DNA of 64,000 bases, taken from the NCBI RefSeq assembly GCF_006345805.1, contig NC_043015.1:19406001-19470000 (forward strand). The letters are read 5' to 3'. Below the pieces are notes generated by a model, which worked only from the letters and a program-made list of their open reading frames with translations, was not told the origin of the DNA and did not search any database. Within the stretch, counting starts at the first letter, position 1, and each line of letters opens with the position of its first letter. Shown piece after piece: positions 24,160 through 36,869 of this stretch. The stretch comes from Octopus sinensis. Lineage: Eukaryota. The position numbers and the translations under genes were made by a program.

Positions 24160-24564
24160 TGTAGTGATGCTACTGTGTAGGGTTCAGCGCGCATGCGCAG
24201 AATGGGACTACTTCCGGGTGGCCACCGGAAGTCTTCCCCATGCGCATGTGCGGGAAACGTTCCCTTACCCGCCAAACTCAAATCTTTCTCTCCGGCAAGC
24301 CAGCTCATCGCGATCGGACGTACATTCAACAGGCTCTGACAACCTCACCGACATAGCCGCCAACGATCATCAACAAACTAACAAGAAGCTGTACATCAGA
24401 GGCTGTCCTTCTCCCATCAGACACACGTACGACATCGCAATAAATAAACGAACTGCTGTCTTTTACCTACAACCTGACTTCGTCTGTATTGTCTTATAAA
24501 ATTGTATGTGACTAGATCGGATATCGGCACCCTTTCAGTGAATCGATAACAGATCCTCGTTACA
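24160..24564 (+). repeat. 3' LTR
   Basis: Copy of 19679-20083. Confidence 0.97.
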
Positions 24565-24754
24565 AATATATAGTGACCTGTGGAATGCGGTGATCGTGGA
24601 GAAAGAGACAGTGAAGAAAATGGTATATGATTATAGTATATTTGAATGGTTATATGTACGTTATGACACCTTACCAGCTATTGTGGATCAGGAGAGCTTA
24701 ATAGAATATATAACAGATGAAGAACCAGGCATTACAGACGAGCGTCCGACGTAG
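24565..24754 (+). pseudogene. ORF1/gag-like copy 2, 3' part after the Gypsy
   Basis: Resumes in frame with YSDLWNAVIVEKETVKKMVYDYSIFEWLYVRYDTLP..DERPT*, homologous to the C-terminus of copy 1. Confidence 0.85.
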
Positions 24755-24895
24755 CAGAGTAATATATGTAATTGTAAAATTGTATTTTAAATGAAACTGC
24801 GACTCATAATTTTCGATTTTTTAATTTATGTACCCCACGTCCTGTTTTGTAATGTCCCCTCTTAATTCGGGACTTAGTGCCTATAATAAAGATTT

Positions 24896-25195
24896 CAGTA
24901 GCGACACCTGCAAGTCTGACTACGCTGCATTGATAAGGGGAAACAACCCTGAAACATGTCTGTAGCTGTCTGACTGGCAGGATGAAGCGGCTGACCTCCC
25001 TTGTTCGAAGGTTTGTAATGGACGCAGGTTGTGTGTCAAATAGCTAGCTTGAGGCGGTGGCCTCTTGGAACTAATCAGCGACAGCTTTAGTCTTATATTT
25101 ATAAGACTGCAATATTAGTATGGCGATAACTATTAATTTCCAGTAACGCTGCCGTAATCTCCTTTAGAGAGACTTAGTAATTTTAATATTTCTAT
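24896..25195 (+). repeat. 3' terminal repeat (B plus partial A of the 364-bp unit)
   Basis: Colinear with 16302-16601 at offset 8594, with 4 substitutions in B. Runs into (TA)n. Confidence 0.95.
24913..24975 (+). ncRNA. type I hammerhead ribozyme, U3:A8 variant (second copy)
   Basis: Identical to 16319-16381 except loop II (AAACAA versus CAACAA). Predicted cut after 24960. Confidence 0.8.
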
Positions 25196-25244
25196 ATATA
25201 TATATACATATACATATATATATATATGTATATATAAATACATA

Positions 25245-25995
25245 AAGTTAAGACTTTAAACTTCAACTGCTACTTTTCATATTTTTAAGCGTTTGTTTAG
25301 ATACCCTTAATCAGTTCCCCTTTCGTTTCCCTTCGCTAAAACATGGCGACTCCATGCATTCTTTTAAAGTTTACCGTTTCTTTCAGTGCCATCTTCGTTG
25401 TTTATTCCATTATCCCTCAAAATATTGCCCCCTCGTATCATTATCATACCGTATTTATTATTATTTATTTTCTTTCATTCTCTCTCTGGCTCTCTTTCAT
25501 TTATCTAATTATTTTCCCCCAAATATAATATTCAAACTAGTTGCCTCTATGTTCTCTCTCTCTCGCTCTCTCTCCCCTCGTGTTCCTTCCCCCCCCACAC
25601 ACACACACACAATTCCCTAATTCCCTTAAAAACCTGTGGACGATCGTATCTCTCTCACATTCACTCCCTTCGCCTCCAGAGAAAAGACGGATTTTCAAAA
25701 TGGCCAGTTAAGACTTTAAACTTCAACTGCTACTTTTCATATTTTTAAGCGTTTGTTTAGATACCCTTAATCAGTTCCCCTTTCGTTTCCCTTCGCTAAA
25801 ACATGGCGACTCCATGCATTCTTTTAAAGTTTACCGTTTCTTTCAGTGCCATCTTCGTTGTTTATTCCATTATCCCTCAAAATATTGCCCCCTCGTATCA
25901 TTATCATACCGTATTTATTATTATTTATTTTCTTTCATTTATCTAATTATTTTCCCCCAAATATAATATTCAAACTAGTTGCCTCTCTATGTTCT
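25245..25995. repeat. unclassified about 300-bp direct duplication
   Basis: GTTAAGACTTTAAACTTC.. occurs at about 25246 and about 25707. The second copy lacks about 22 bp between CTTTCATT repeats. Confidence 0.85.
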
Positions 25996-26049
25996 CGCCC
26001 GCCCTCCCACCAGTACCGGAAGTTTCTACCAAAATACCGGAAGTTCTAC

Positions 26050-29000
26050 CCATGTCTTACCTAACCACCCCACCCCCACTGGCACCTATGTAGGGTTTAT
26101 CTGATCATATAGCGCAAAAATTGTGAAATGTATGCAGGTTGTAGTCTAGTGTTTCCATATGAAATCTGCCAAATGCAAGCTTTCTTTTCAGGTACATGAC
26201 ACGGCTGCCCCTCATCCCAGGGTCTCAGATGCCCACACCTCCCACACCCTCAGAGTTGGCACACTCAATGTTGGCACATTGAAAGGTAGGTCTGGAGAGA
26301 TTGTAGAGCTGCTTGAACGTAGACGTGTGGATGTATGTTTTATCCAGGAAGTAAGGTGGAGAGGAGGTTCCGCTAGGCTCCTCACAGGCAAGGAACACAG
26401 GTACAAGATTTTCTGGGCTGGGAAAACTGACGGGGTCGGGGGCGTGGGTATACTTCTTGCAGAGAAATGGGTAGGTAAGGTAATTGAGGTAGTCAGAGTA
26501 AGTGACAGAGTAATTAAAATTAGATTAGTTCTTCACCACAGGACAGTTACCATCATCTCGGCATATGCCCCTCAACCAGGGCTACCGGAAGGACAAAAAG
26601 ACCAATTCTATGACACCCTATTGCGAACTACCTCGTTGACAAATGACAGTGACCTTCTCTTCGTGGCAGGTGATTTCAATGGACATGTCGGACGGCATGT
26701 CGGGGGCTTCCATGGCGTCCATGGAGGCTACGGTTTCGGCTCTCGTAATGAGGAGGGAACCAGGCTGCTGGAGTTCTGCGATGCAAATGACCTTATGGTC
26801 TGCAATACCAACTTCAGGAAACTCTCCTCTCACCTAGTCACCTACCGTTCTGGCAGACACACCAGCCAGATTGACTACATACTTGCCAGAAAAAGGGAAA
26901 GAGGGCTGATTATAAATGCCAAAACCTTTCCAGGCGAAGAATACACTCCTCAACATAGATTAGTAGTTAGCGACTTCAGGATCAGAGCTAAACGGTTGCC
27001 CAGAAGAAGACCTGCTTGGAGGAGAAGGGTCTGGAAGCTTAAAGATCCTGCAAATGGACAGAGATTTAGAGACATACTACTCGAAGCCTTTGACGAAATA
27101 GAAGGGGATATAGCTACACTTAATGTGGAAGACAACTGGAGATTTCTACGGGACAATCTGCTGACAGCCACTGACCAGATCTGTGGATGGAGCAAAGTAC
27201 CATCTCAACCCAGAGTAACATGGTGGTGGAACACTGTGGTTGACAGGGCTATTAGACAAAAGAGACAGGCTTGGAAGGACTGGAAGAACGGTGGTAGCAG
27301 GGAATTGTATCAGACAGCCAGAAGGGAAGCTAGGAGACAGGTTTATTTAGCCAGAGGGGAAGCGGATAAGAAAAAATTTCCCAATGTTCTGCGCCGTGAG
27401 GATGAAAGACTTGAGGTATTTCGTGTTGCAAGACAGTGTGTGAGAGAGAATCGTGATGTGGTAGGAGAGAAGTGTGTTCGCATGGATGATGGTTCACTTG
27501 CGCTAAATGAGGAAGCAAAGAGAGAGGTTTGGAGATGCCACTATGAAAGGTTGCTGAATAAAGAAAATGAATGGGATAAAGAGAGTCTGCCGAATGTTGA
27601 CCCAACAGAGGGACCAGCTATCTGAGTTGATAGTGCCGTGGTAGCTAAGGCAATTAGAAGCATGAAGACAGGGAAAGCCCCAGGCCCATCAGGAATTACT
27701 GCAGAGATGCTCAAAATATCTGGCAGTGTCGGCTATAACCTAGTCACCCGTATAGTCAACCAGGTGATACACGAAGGAGTCATACCCAATGACTGGTGTA
27801 GCAGCATACTAGTCAACTGCTACAAAGAAGTAAAGGTGATGCCCTAGATACAAATAATTACAGAGGTATCAAGCTGTTGGATCAGGTAATGAAGGTTACG
27901 GAGAGGGTCATAGCCCAACTAATTAGAGAGAGAGTTAGTTTAGATGAGATGCAGTTTGGGTTTGTGCCAGGGAAAAGCACCACTGATGCTATATTCCTGG
28001 TAAGGCAGCTGCAGGAGAAATACCTAGCCAAAGATAAGCCCCTGTACCTGGCTTTTGTTGACATGGAGAAAGCCTTTGATAGGGTCCCCCGATCCCTCAT
28101 CTGGTGGTCAATGAGGAAACTAGGGATAGATGAATGGCTGGTGAGGGCTGTGCAAGCCATGTACAGAGATGCCGTAAGCAAGGTTAGGGTTGGCACATGT
28201 ACAAAGAAGAATTCAAAGTAGAGGTTGGGGTCCACCAGGGCTCAGTACTCAGCCCCCTCCTATTTATCATAGTCCTCCAGGCAATAACAGAGGAATTCAA
28301 GACAGGTTGCCCCTGGGAGCTCCTCTATGCTGACGACCTCGCTCTAATTGCTGAGTCACTATCAGAACTGGAGGAGAAGTTCCAGGTGTGGAAGGAGGGT
28401 TTAGAATCGAGGGGCCTTAGAGTCAACCTAGCTAAAACCAAAGTACTAATAAGTAGAAAGGTAGGCAACCCACAAATGTCCTCAGGAAGATGGCCCTGCT
28501 CGATCTGTAGAAAAGGTGTAGGTAGAAACTCTATAAGATGTACCCAGTGTAAGCTATGGACACATAAGAGGTGCAGCAATGTCAAAGGTAGGCTAACTGG
28601 GAAGACAGTCTTTATATGTGGCAGATGCTCGGGAGCATTGACCTCCGAAAATCTGCAGAAAACAACTTCCGTCACTTTCCAGGGGGAAAAATTAGAAGTA
28701 GTTGATAGCTTCCGTTATCTAGGTGACCAAGTCAGTAGTGGGGGTGGGTGCGCTGAGAGTGTAACTGCTAGAATAAGAATAGCCTGGGCAAAGTTTAGGG
28801 AGCTCTTACCTCTGCTGGTGACTAAAGGCCTCTCGCTCAGAGTAAAGGGCAGACTGTATGATGCATGTATTCGAACTGCCATGCTACATGGCAGTGAAAC
28901 ATGGGCCGTGACTGCTGAGGACATGCGTAAGCTCATGAGGAATGAAGCCAGTATGCTCCGATAGATGTGTAATGTCAGTGTACTTACTCGACAGAGTGTT

Positions 29001-29899
29001 AGTTCCCTAAGAGAAATGTTGTGTACCTAAGAAGCATCAGTTGTTGCGTGCAAGAGACGATTGCGATGGTATGGTCATGTGGCGAGAATGGATGAAGATA
29101 GGTGTGTGAGAAAGTGCCAATCCCTAGCAGTTGAGGGAACCCATGGAAGAGGTAGACCCAGGAAAACCTGGGACGAGGTGGTGAAGCACGACCTTCGAAC
29201 GTTAGGTCTCACCATGGAAATGACCAGAGACCGAGACCTATGGAAGTATGCTGTGCGTGAGAAGACCCGGCAAGACTAGTGAAGCCATAACCCGTGGCCC
29301 CTACCTGGGACGTAGTCAGTCCGCCTGTGCATACCTTCCTGCTTGTGACACTTGTGAAGACCTGTTGAGGGAAATCAAATCAAGTCAAATCGAATCAGGT
29401 CAAACAAAATCAAAATAGATGAACATCAATGGAATTTGTATCCTTGTGGTACCAGTGCCGGCGGCACATAAGAAAACCATCTGAACGGGACCGTAGCCAG
29501 TACCGCAAACACCGTCCGAGCATGTGTCGGTGGCACATAAAAACACCATCCGAGCGTGGCCGTCTGCCAGCCTCGTCTGGCACCTTTGTCGGTGGCACAT
29601 AAAAACACCATCCGAGCGTGGCCGTCTGCCAGCCTCGTCTGGCACCTGTGTCGGTGGCACATAAAAACACCATCCGAGCGTGGCCGTTCGCCAGCCTCGT
29701 CTGGCACCTGTGTCGGTGGCACATAAAATCACCGACTACACTCTCGGAGTGGTTGGCGTTAGGAAGGGCATCCAGCTGTAGAAACACTGCCAGATCTGAC
29801 TGGCCTGGTGCAGCCTTCGGGCTCCCCAGACCCCAGTTGAACCGTCCAACCCATGCTAGCATGGAAAGCGGACGTTAAACGACGATGATGATGATGATG

Positions 29900-29900
<1 letters not shown>
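26050..29900 (+). mobile_element. apparently full-length RTE LINE (APE plus RT), inactivated
   Basis: ORF 26159: VGTLNVGTL, IQEVRW, GDFNGH, QIDYI, QHRLVV, then the RT pieces (YADD) to KTRQD* at 29279. Lesions: stops at 27623 and 28962, frameshifts at about 27830, 28197 and 29020. (GAT)n tail at 29880-29900. 5' boundary approximate. Confidence 0.93.
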
Positions 29901-29930
<30 letters not shown>

Positions 29931-29945
29931 CATATATATAAATAC

Positions 29946-29976
<31 letters not shown>

Positions 29977-30042
29977 CATATATATACATATATATATACA
30001 TATATATATATATACATATATATACATATATATATATATATT
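29901..30042. repeat. (TA)n microsatellite
   Basis: Directly visible. Confidence 0.95.
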
Positions 30043-30862
30043 AAGGTATGTAGAAAAATACAACATGGACAAGAACGTATAACTCTTAGAAGACGATACA
30101 ATAAACATGGACAGGACATTCGAACCCCTCAGTCTTCAGTCAAGAACCGGATCATCGTAGTAATTTCGGCTGATTAATCTTGAGATTACTAGATCACGGC
30201 CAGCCCTCCAAGAAAAACTAAGCAACGAGCATTAGAAAAACTAAGCTGGAAGCGTAGATTTCCTGGAAGAAGGATCGAATGCATACGAACACCAGGACAG
30301 CAAAAGGGACAGATATAAAAAAAAAAAAAAAAAAAAAAAAAATAATGAATACAGAAACATGAAATACAGAAGCATTAACGGTGAAAACAACAAGTGTCTT
30401 ACGACTGATAACAAGCAAACAAATTTTTTTCTCTGGCGCATTGGAAAAAGCCTTTATAGCGGCGGACGAAAAACAACGATGTTAACACGACGAGGGTCAG
30501 GAGCTGAAAGGCAGATTTCGGCCAACAGTCACGTGACAGAGAAGAGGGAAAAGAAAAGAAAGGAAAGAGAAGCAAAGGAAGAGAGAGAGAGAAAGGGGAA
30601 CAAAACGCAACAAAGAGAGAGAAAGAAGGAATCAGAGAGGAGAAGGGATGGGTGTCGAAGAATGACCTGTGAGTGCAGAGCGAGACAGAGAAATAGGAGG
30701 GTAGTGGAAGACTAGACCAAAGGATCAGAGGAAAGAGAAGATGAATAGAGAGAAAAGAGAGAGAGAGAGGGGGACAGATCAAGTAAAAATGAGAGAGAGA
30801 GAGAGACAAACAGAGAGTCGTACCAATTATTAAGAATATGTGTTCACATTAATGATAAGGGG

Positions 30863-32514
30863 ATACATATATATACATATATATACATATATATATATAT
30901 ACATATATATACATATAGATACATATATATATATACATATATATACATATACATAATATATATATATACATATATATACATATATAACATATAATATATA
31001 TATATATATATATATACAATATATACAATATATATAATATATATACATATATACATATATAGACATATATATATATATATACATAATATATACATACATA
31101 TATAATATATATATATATATACATATATATACATATTATATATATACTATATATACATATATATATATATACATATATATACATAAGATATATATACATA
31201 TATATACATATATATAATATACATATATATACAATATAATATATGCATATATATACATATATATATATATAACATATATATACATATATATTATAATATA
31301 TATTACTATATATATATACATTATATATACATATATATATCTATGCATTATATATACATATATATAGATATATACATATATATACATATATATATATATA
31401 CATATATATACATATATATATATATACATATATATACATTATACCTATATATACATTATATATATATACATATATATACATATATCTATATATACATATA
31501 TATACATATATATATATATATACATATATATACATATCTATATAATACATATATATATATATATACATCATTACATATATATCTATATATATACATATAT
31601 ATACATATATATATATATATATACATATATATACATATATAATATTAATATATATACATATATATATATATACATATATATACATATATTAATACATATA
31701 TAACATATAGATATATATACATATATATACATATATATATGTACATATATACATATATATTGTACATATATATACATATATATATATATCATATATATAC
31801 ATATATAGATATACATATATATACATATATATATATATACATAATATACATATATATATATACATATATATACATATATATATACATATATACATAATAT
31901 ATATAGACATATCTATATATAAATATATACATATATATACATATAATACATATATATATATATATACATATATATACATATATATATATATATACAGATA
32001 TATACATATATATATATATATACATATATTATATATACATATATATACATATATATATATATATACATATATATACATATATATATATATATATACATAT
32101 ATATACATATATATTATATACATATATATACATATATATATATACATATATATACATATATATATATATACATATTATACATATATATATATATACATAT
32201 ATATACATATATATATGTACATATATATACATATATATGTACATATATATACATATATATATATATACATTATATACATATATATATATACATATATATA
32301 CATATATATATATATACATATATATACATATATATATATACATATATATACATATATATATACATATATACATATATATATATACATATATATATATACA
32401 TATATATACATATATATATACATATATATACATATATATATATATACATTATATATATACATATATATACATATATATATATAATACATATATATATATA
32501 TATACATATTATAC

Positions 32515-32547
<33 letters not shown>

Positions 32548-32735
32548 CTATATATATACATATATATATATACATATATATATACATATATATATATATA
32601 TACATACATATATATACATATAATATATATACATGCATATATATTATATATACATATATATATATACATATATATTACAATTATATATTACATATATATA
32701 TATACATATATATATATATACATATATATATATAC

Positions 32736-32771
<36 letters not shown>

Positions 32772-32848
32772 TATATATACATATATATATATCATATATA
32801 TATATACATATATATATATACATATATATATATAACATATATATATAC

Positions 32849-32897
<49 letters not shown>

Positions 32898-32969
32898 CAT
32901 ATATATATATATATTATCATACATATATACATACATATATATATATACTATATATATACATATATATAC

Positions 32970-33000
<31 letters not shown>

Positions 33001-34000
33001 CATATATACATATATATACATATATTATATATATATATACATATATACATATATATACATATATATACATATATGTACATATATATATACATATATACAT
33101 ACATATATATACATATATATACATATATACATATATATACATATATAATATATCACCATATATATATATATACATATATATACATAATATACATATATAT
33201 TATATACATATATATACATATATAGATATATGCATATATATACATATATATATATATATACATATATATACTATATATATATATACAATATATATATATA
33301 TATATACATATATATACATATATATATATATGCATAATATACATATATATATATATACATATATATACATATATATATATATACATATATATACATATTA
33401 TATATATATACATATATACATATATAATATATATTATACATTATATATATATATACATATATATACATATATATATATATATACATATATATACATATAT
33501 ATAATATATACATATATATACATATATATATATATATACATATAATAATATATATACTATATATATATATATAATATATCATAATATATACAATATAATA
33601 TATATATACATATATATAACATATAATATATATCATATATATAATATATATATATATACATATATACATATAATAGAATATATAGATATACATAGATATT
33701 ATATACATATATATACATATATATATGTACATATATATACATATATATATGTACATATATATACATATATATATATATAAGACATATATTATACATATAT
33801 ATATACATATATATACATATATATATATATACATATATATACATATATATATATACATATATACATATATATATACATTATATACATATATATATATATA
33901 CATATATATATATACATATATATAATATATATATATACATATATATACATATATTATTATATACAATATATATATATATATATAATATAATATATTATAC

Positions 34001-34031
<31 letters not shown>

Positions 34032-34280
34032 CATATTATAACATATATTAGATATATATACATATATAATATATATACATATATATATACATATTATATA
34101 TATATAATATATATATACATATATAATATATACATACATCTATACATATATATATATATACATGCATATATATATATATACAATATATATACACTATAAT
34201 ATATTATATATATATACATATATATATATACATTATATATATACATATATATATATCATATATATATATATAATATATAT

Positions 34281-34312
<32 letters not shown>

Positions 34313-34525
34313 CATTATATATATTACATATATATATATATATATATAATACATATATATATATACATATATATTACATATATATTATATATATATATAT
34401 ATATATTATACATACATATATATATATATATATACATACATATATACATACATATATATATATACATATATATATACATTATATACATATATATATACAT
34501 ATATATATATATAATACTATATACA

Positions 34526-34556
<31 letters not shown>

Positions 34557-34638
34557 CATATATACATATATTACATATATATACATATATGTACATATAT
34601 ATATACATATATACATACATATATATACATATATATAC

Positions 34639-34669
<31 letters not shown>

Positions 34670-34677
34670 CACATATA

Positions 34678-34727
<50 letters not shown>

Positions 34728-34883
34728 TATACATATATATATATACATATATATACATATACATATATATACATATATATACATATACATATATATACAT
34801 ATTATACATATACATATATATACATATATATATACATATATATACATATACATATATATACATATATATACATATACATATAC

Positions 34884-34914
<31 letters not shown>

Positions 34915-35169
34915 CATATATAACATATATATATATATACATATATACACATATATATACATATATATATATATACATATATATACATTATATATAGATA
35001 TACAGATATATACATATATATATATTACATATATACATATATATATTATACATATAATACATATATATATAATACATATTATACATATATATATATAATA
35101 TATATCATATATACATATATTACATATTATACATAATATATATATCTATATATATATATACATATTATA

Positions 35170-35203
<34 letters not shown>

Positions 35204-35415
35204 CATCTATTATATATATATATATATACAATATATATTATACATTATATATATATATATCTATATACATCTATATATAATACATACATATTATATATAT
35301 ATATATATACATATATATTAGATTCTATAATATATCTATATATATATACAATTATATTATATATATATATACATATATATATTATATATATATATCCATA
35401 TATATATATACATAT

Positions 35416-35451
<36 letters not shown>

Positions 35452-35602
35452 ATATATATATATATACATGTATATATATATACATATATAGACATGTATA
35501 TATATATACATATATAGACATGTATATATATATACATATAGAGCATGTATATATATACATATATAGACATGTATATATATATACATATATAGACATGTAT
35601 AC

Positions 35603-35649
<47 letters not shown>

Positions 35650-35684
35650 CATATATATGCATACATACTTACATATATATATAT
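30863..35684. repeat. about 4.8-kb (TA)n tract interrupted by CA (TATATATACA-like)
   Basis: Directly visible. All ORFs here are spurious. Confidence 0.97.
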
Positions 35685-36726
35685 TGTATCGTGTAGCCAT
35701 TTTCAAATAGTAGCGCCAATTTGTGGTAGCTGGCAATATGACGTAATGTTGTATTGCCGAAGAAATATGATTGTCGTTTTCCCATTGGTTGAAATAACTG
35801 CTCATATAGGAATTCTAAAAATTAGTTAAAGAATATTTTTAGGTGATTTCAATTCTTTAAAGTCAACTGAGCAGTTATAAAAACCCTGGATTTGGGGAAA
35901 AACTTTAGTGTTTGAGTGATGTAACTAAACTCCACGACACTCACTCCTTTGAGACATTGGTTATTTTTTTATGCCATGTCTATGAAAAATCCAACAAGAC
36001 TTGTTTGAATTGTTGATCACATCGGGGTCACCAGTTTTCTTATAGCGGTTACCAGTTTTATTATAAAGCGGATGTTTTCTGGTTGGTTTGTTCACTGTTA
36101 GTGTAACGCTACTTTATTATGTTTCCTATTGGGAAATAGATAAATATATTTAACTTTTGAAGTAGGGATATATAATGATAAAATTGTCACTTATAACTTA
36201 CTTATAAGTGTTATCATTATACGTAAATCCTGACTCCAGCTATATAAACGCCAGAGCAAGAAATATATTTTCTGAAATGCAAATGGACATTATGCGTGCA
36301 TGTATGTTGAATATAAATAATTTCGTGTTCTTTTAACCACTATAAAAAATACATTTTCATAATTACAGAAATACATTTCATTAATAAGTTGAAGAACGTG
36401 AAGAAAGAGAAAATAATTACTACATTATTTTATTTATGTAGATATAGCAAATTGCATTATTAGCCACATACCGAAATTTTTTAAAATTAATAATTATTTA
36501 CCCTTATATTATTAATAATGAAATTTTTCACTCCTTTATAACAAACCACAGTTCTCTTTCTGCGATACTATTTTGTAACACACATGGTAATCTTGGAGAG
36601 AAAATATGAATTCATTCGTCTATATGGATTTAATTGTGCTGACTATCTTCTGTTATCTCTGATGGTGCGGGATGGGGATGCAAGAGGTAGGTTAATAGCA
36701 TTTGCAAATCTATAATTTATTGGATT

Positions 36727-36785
36727 GTTGTGCTGATGATGGGAATGAGTTCTTGATAACTCTAACCCAGAAACGCGTCCACAAC
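36727..36785 (+). ncRNA. canonical minimal type I hammerhead ribozyme
   Basis: GTTGTG [CTGATGA] TGGG..CCCA [GAA] ACGCGT C/CACAAC. Perfect 6-bp stem I, palindromic stem III, GUC cut after 36779. Confidence 0.85.
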
Positions 36786-36869
36786 TGACCGAAGACTGTT
36801 TGTTTACATTATTTTCCTTCTTTTGCATATGTGAGTTACAGCTAAATGTTATATGTGGAGCTATATTTG

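Larger units (their letters stand above)
19679..24564 (+). mobile_element. Ty3/Gypsy LTR retrotransposon, CsRn1-like clade, gag largely deleted
   Basis: 405-bp LTRs with TGTA..TACA ends. 4-bp TSD AATA (19675-19678 and 24565-24568). PBS, PPT and PR-RT-RH-IN order. Confidence 0.95.
16171..25195 (+). mobile_element. unclassified element: hammerhead-containing terminal direct repeats enclosing two ORF1/gag-like modules, no own RT
   Basis: Layout is A(16171-16301) B+A(16302-16665) module 1(16666-18343) module 2(18344-24895, including the Gypsy) B+partial A(24896-25195), then (TA)n. Confidence 0.8.

Noticed and set aside
16171-25195. DIRS/Ngaro split-direct-repeat element
   Set aside because: There is no RT/RNase H or tyrosine recombinase outside the Gypsy. 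The repeat order (A-B-A..B-A) and the hammerheads fit pseudo-LTR/retrozyme repeats better.
29520-29740. CRISPR-like regular repeats with hairpins
   Set aside because: The context is eukaryotic, there are no unique spacers, and the repeats are part of the RTE 3' UTR.
30120-30230. CTGAAGA and GGCTG..CAGCCGAAA fragments on the minus strand
   Set aside because: The elements are not in a foldable order with a valid core.
30830-35805. Dozens of Y/I/M/C-rich ORFs (also at 5.5-6.5, 8.0-8.3, 14.3-15.7, 29.8-30.1 and 44.1-44.5 kb)
   Set aside because: These are translations of (TA)n/(CA)n microsatellites.
36800-36840. Possible splice donor AT/GTGAGT and promoter-like motifs at about 35700-35800
   Set aside because: There is no supporting ORF, acceptor or other evidence of a gene.
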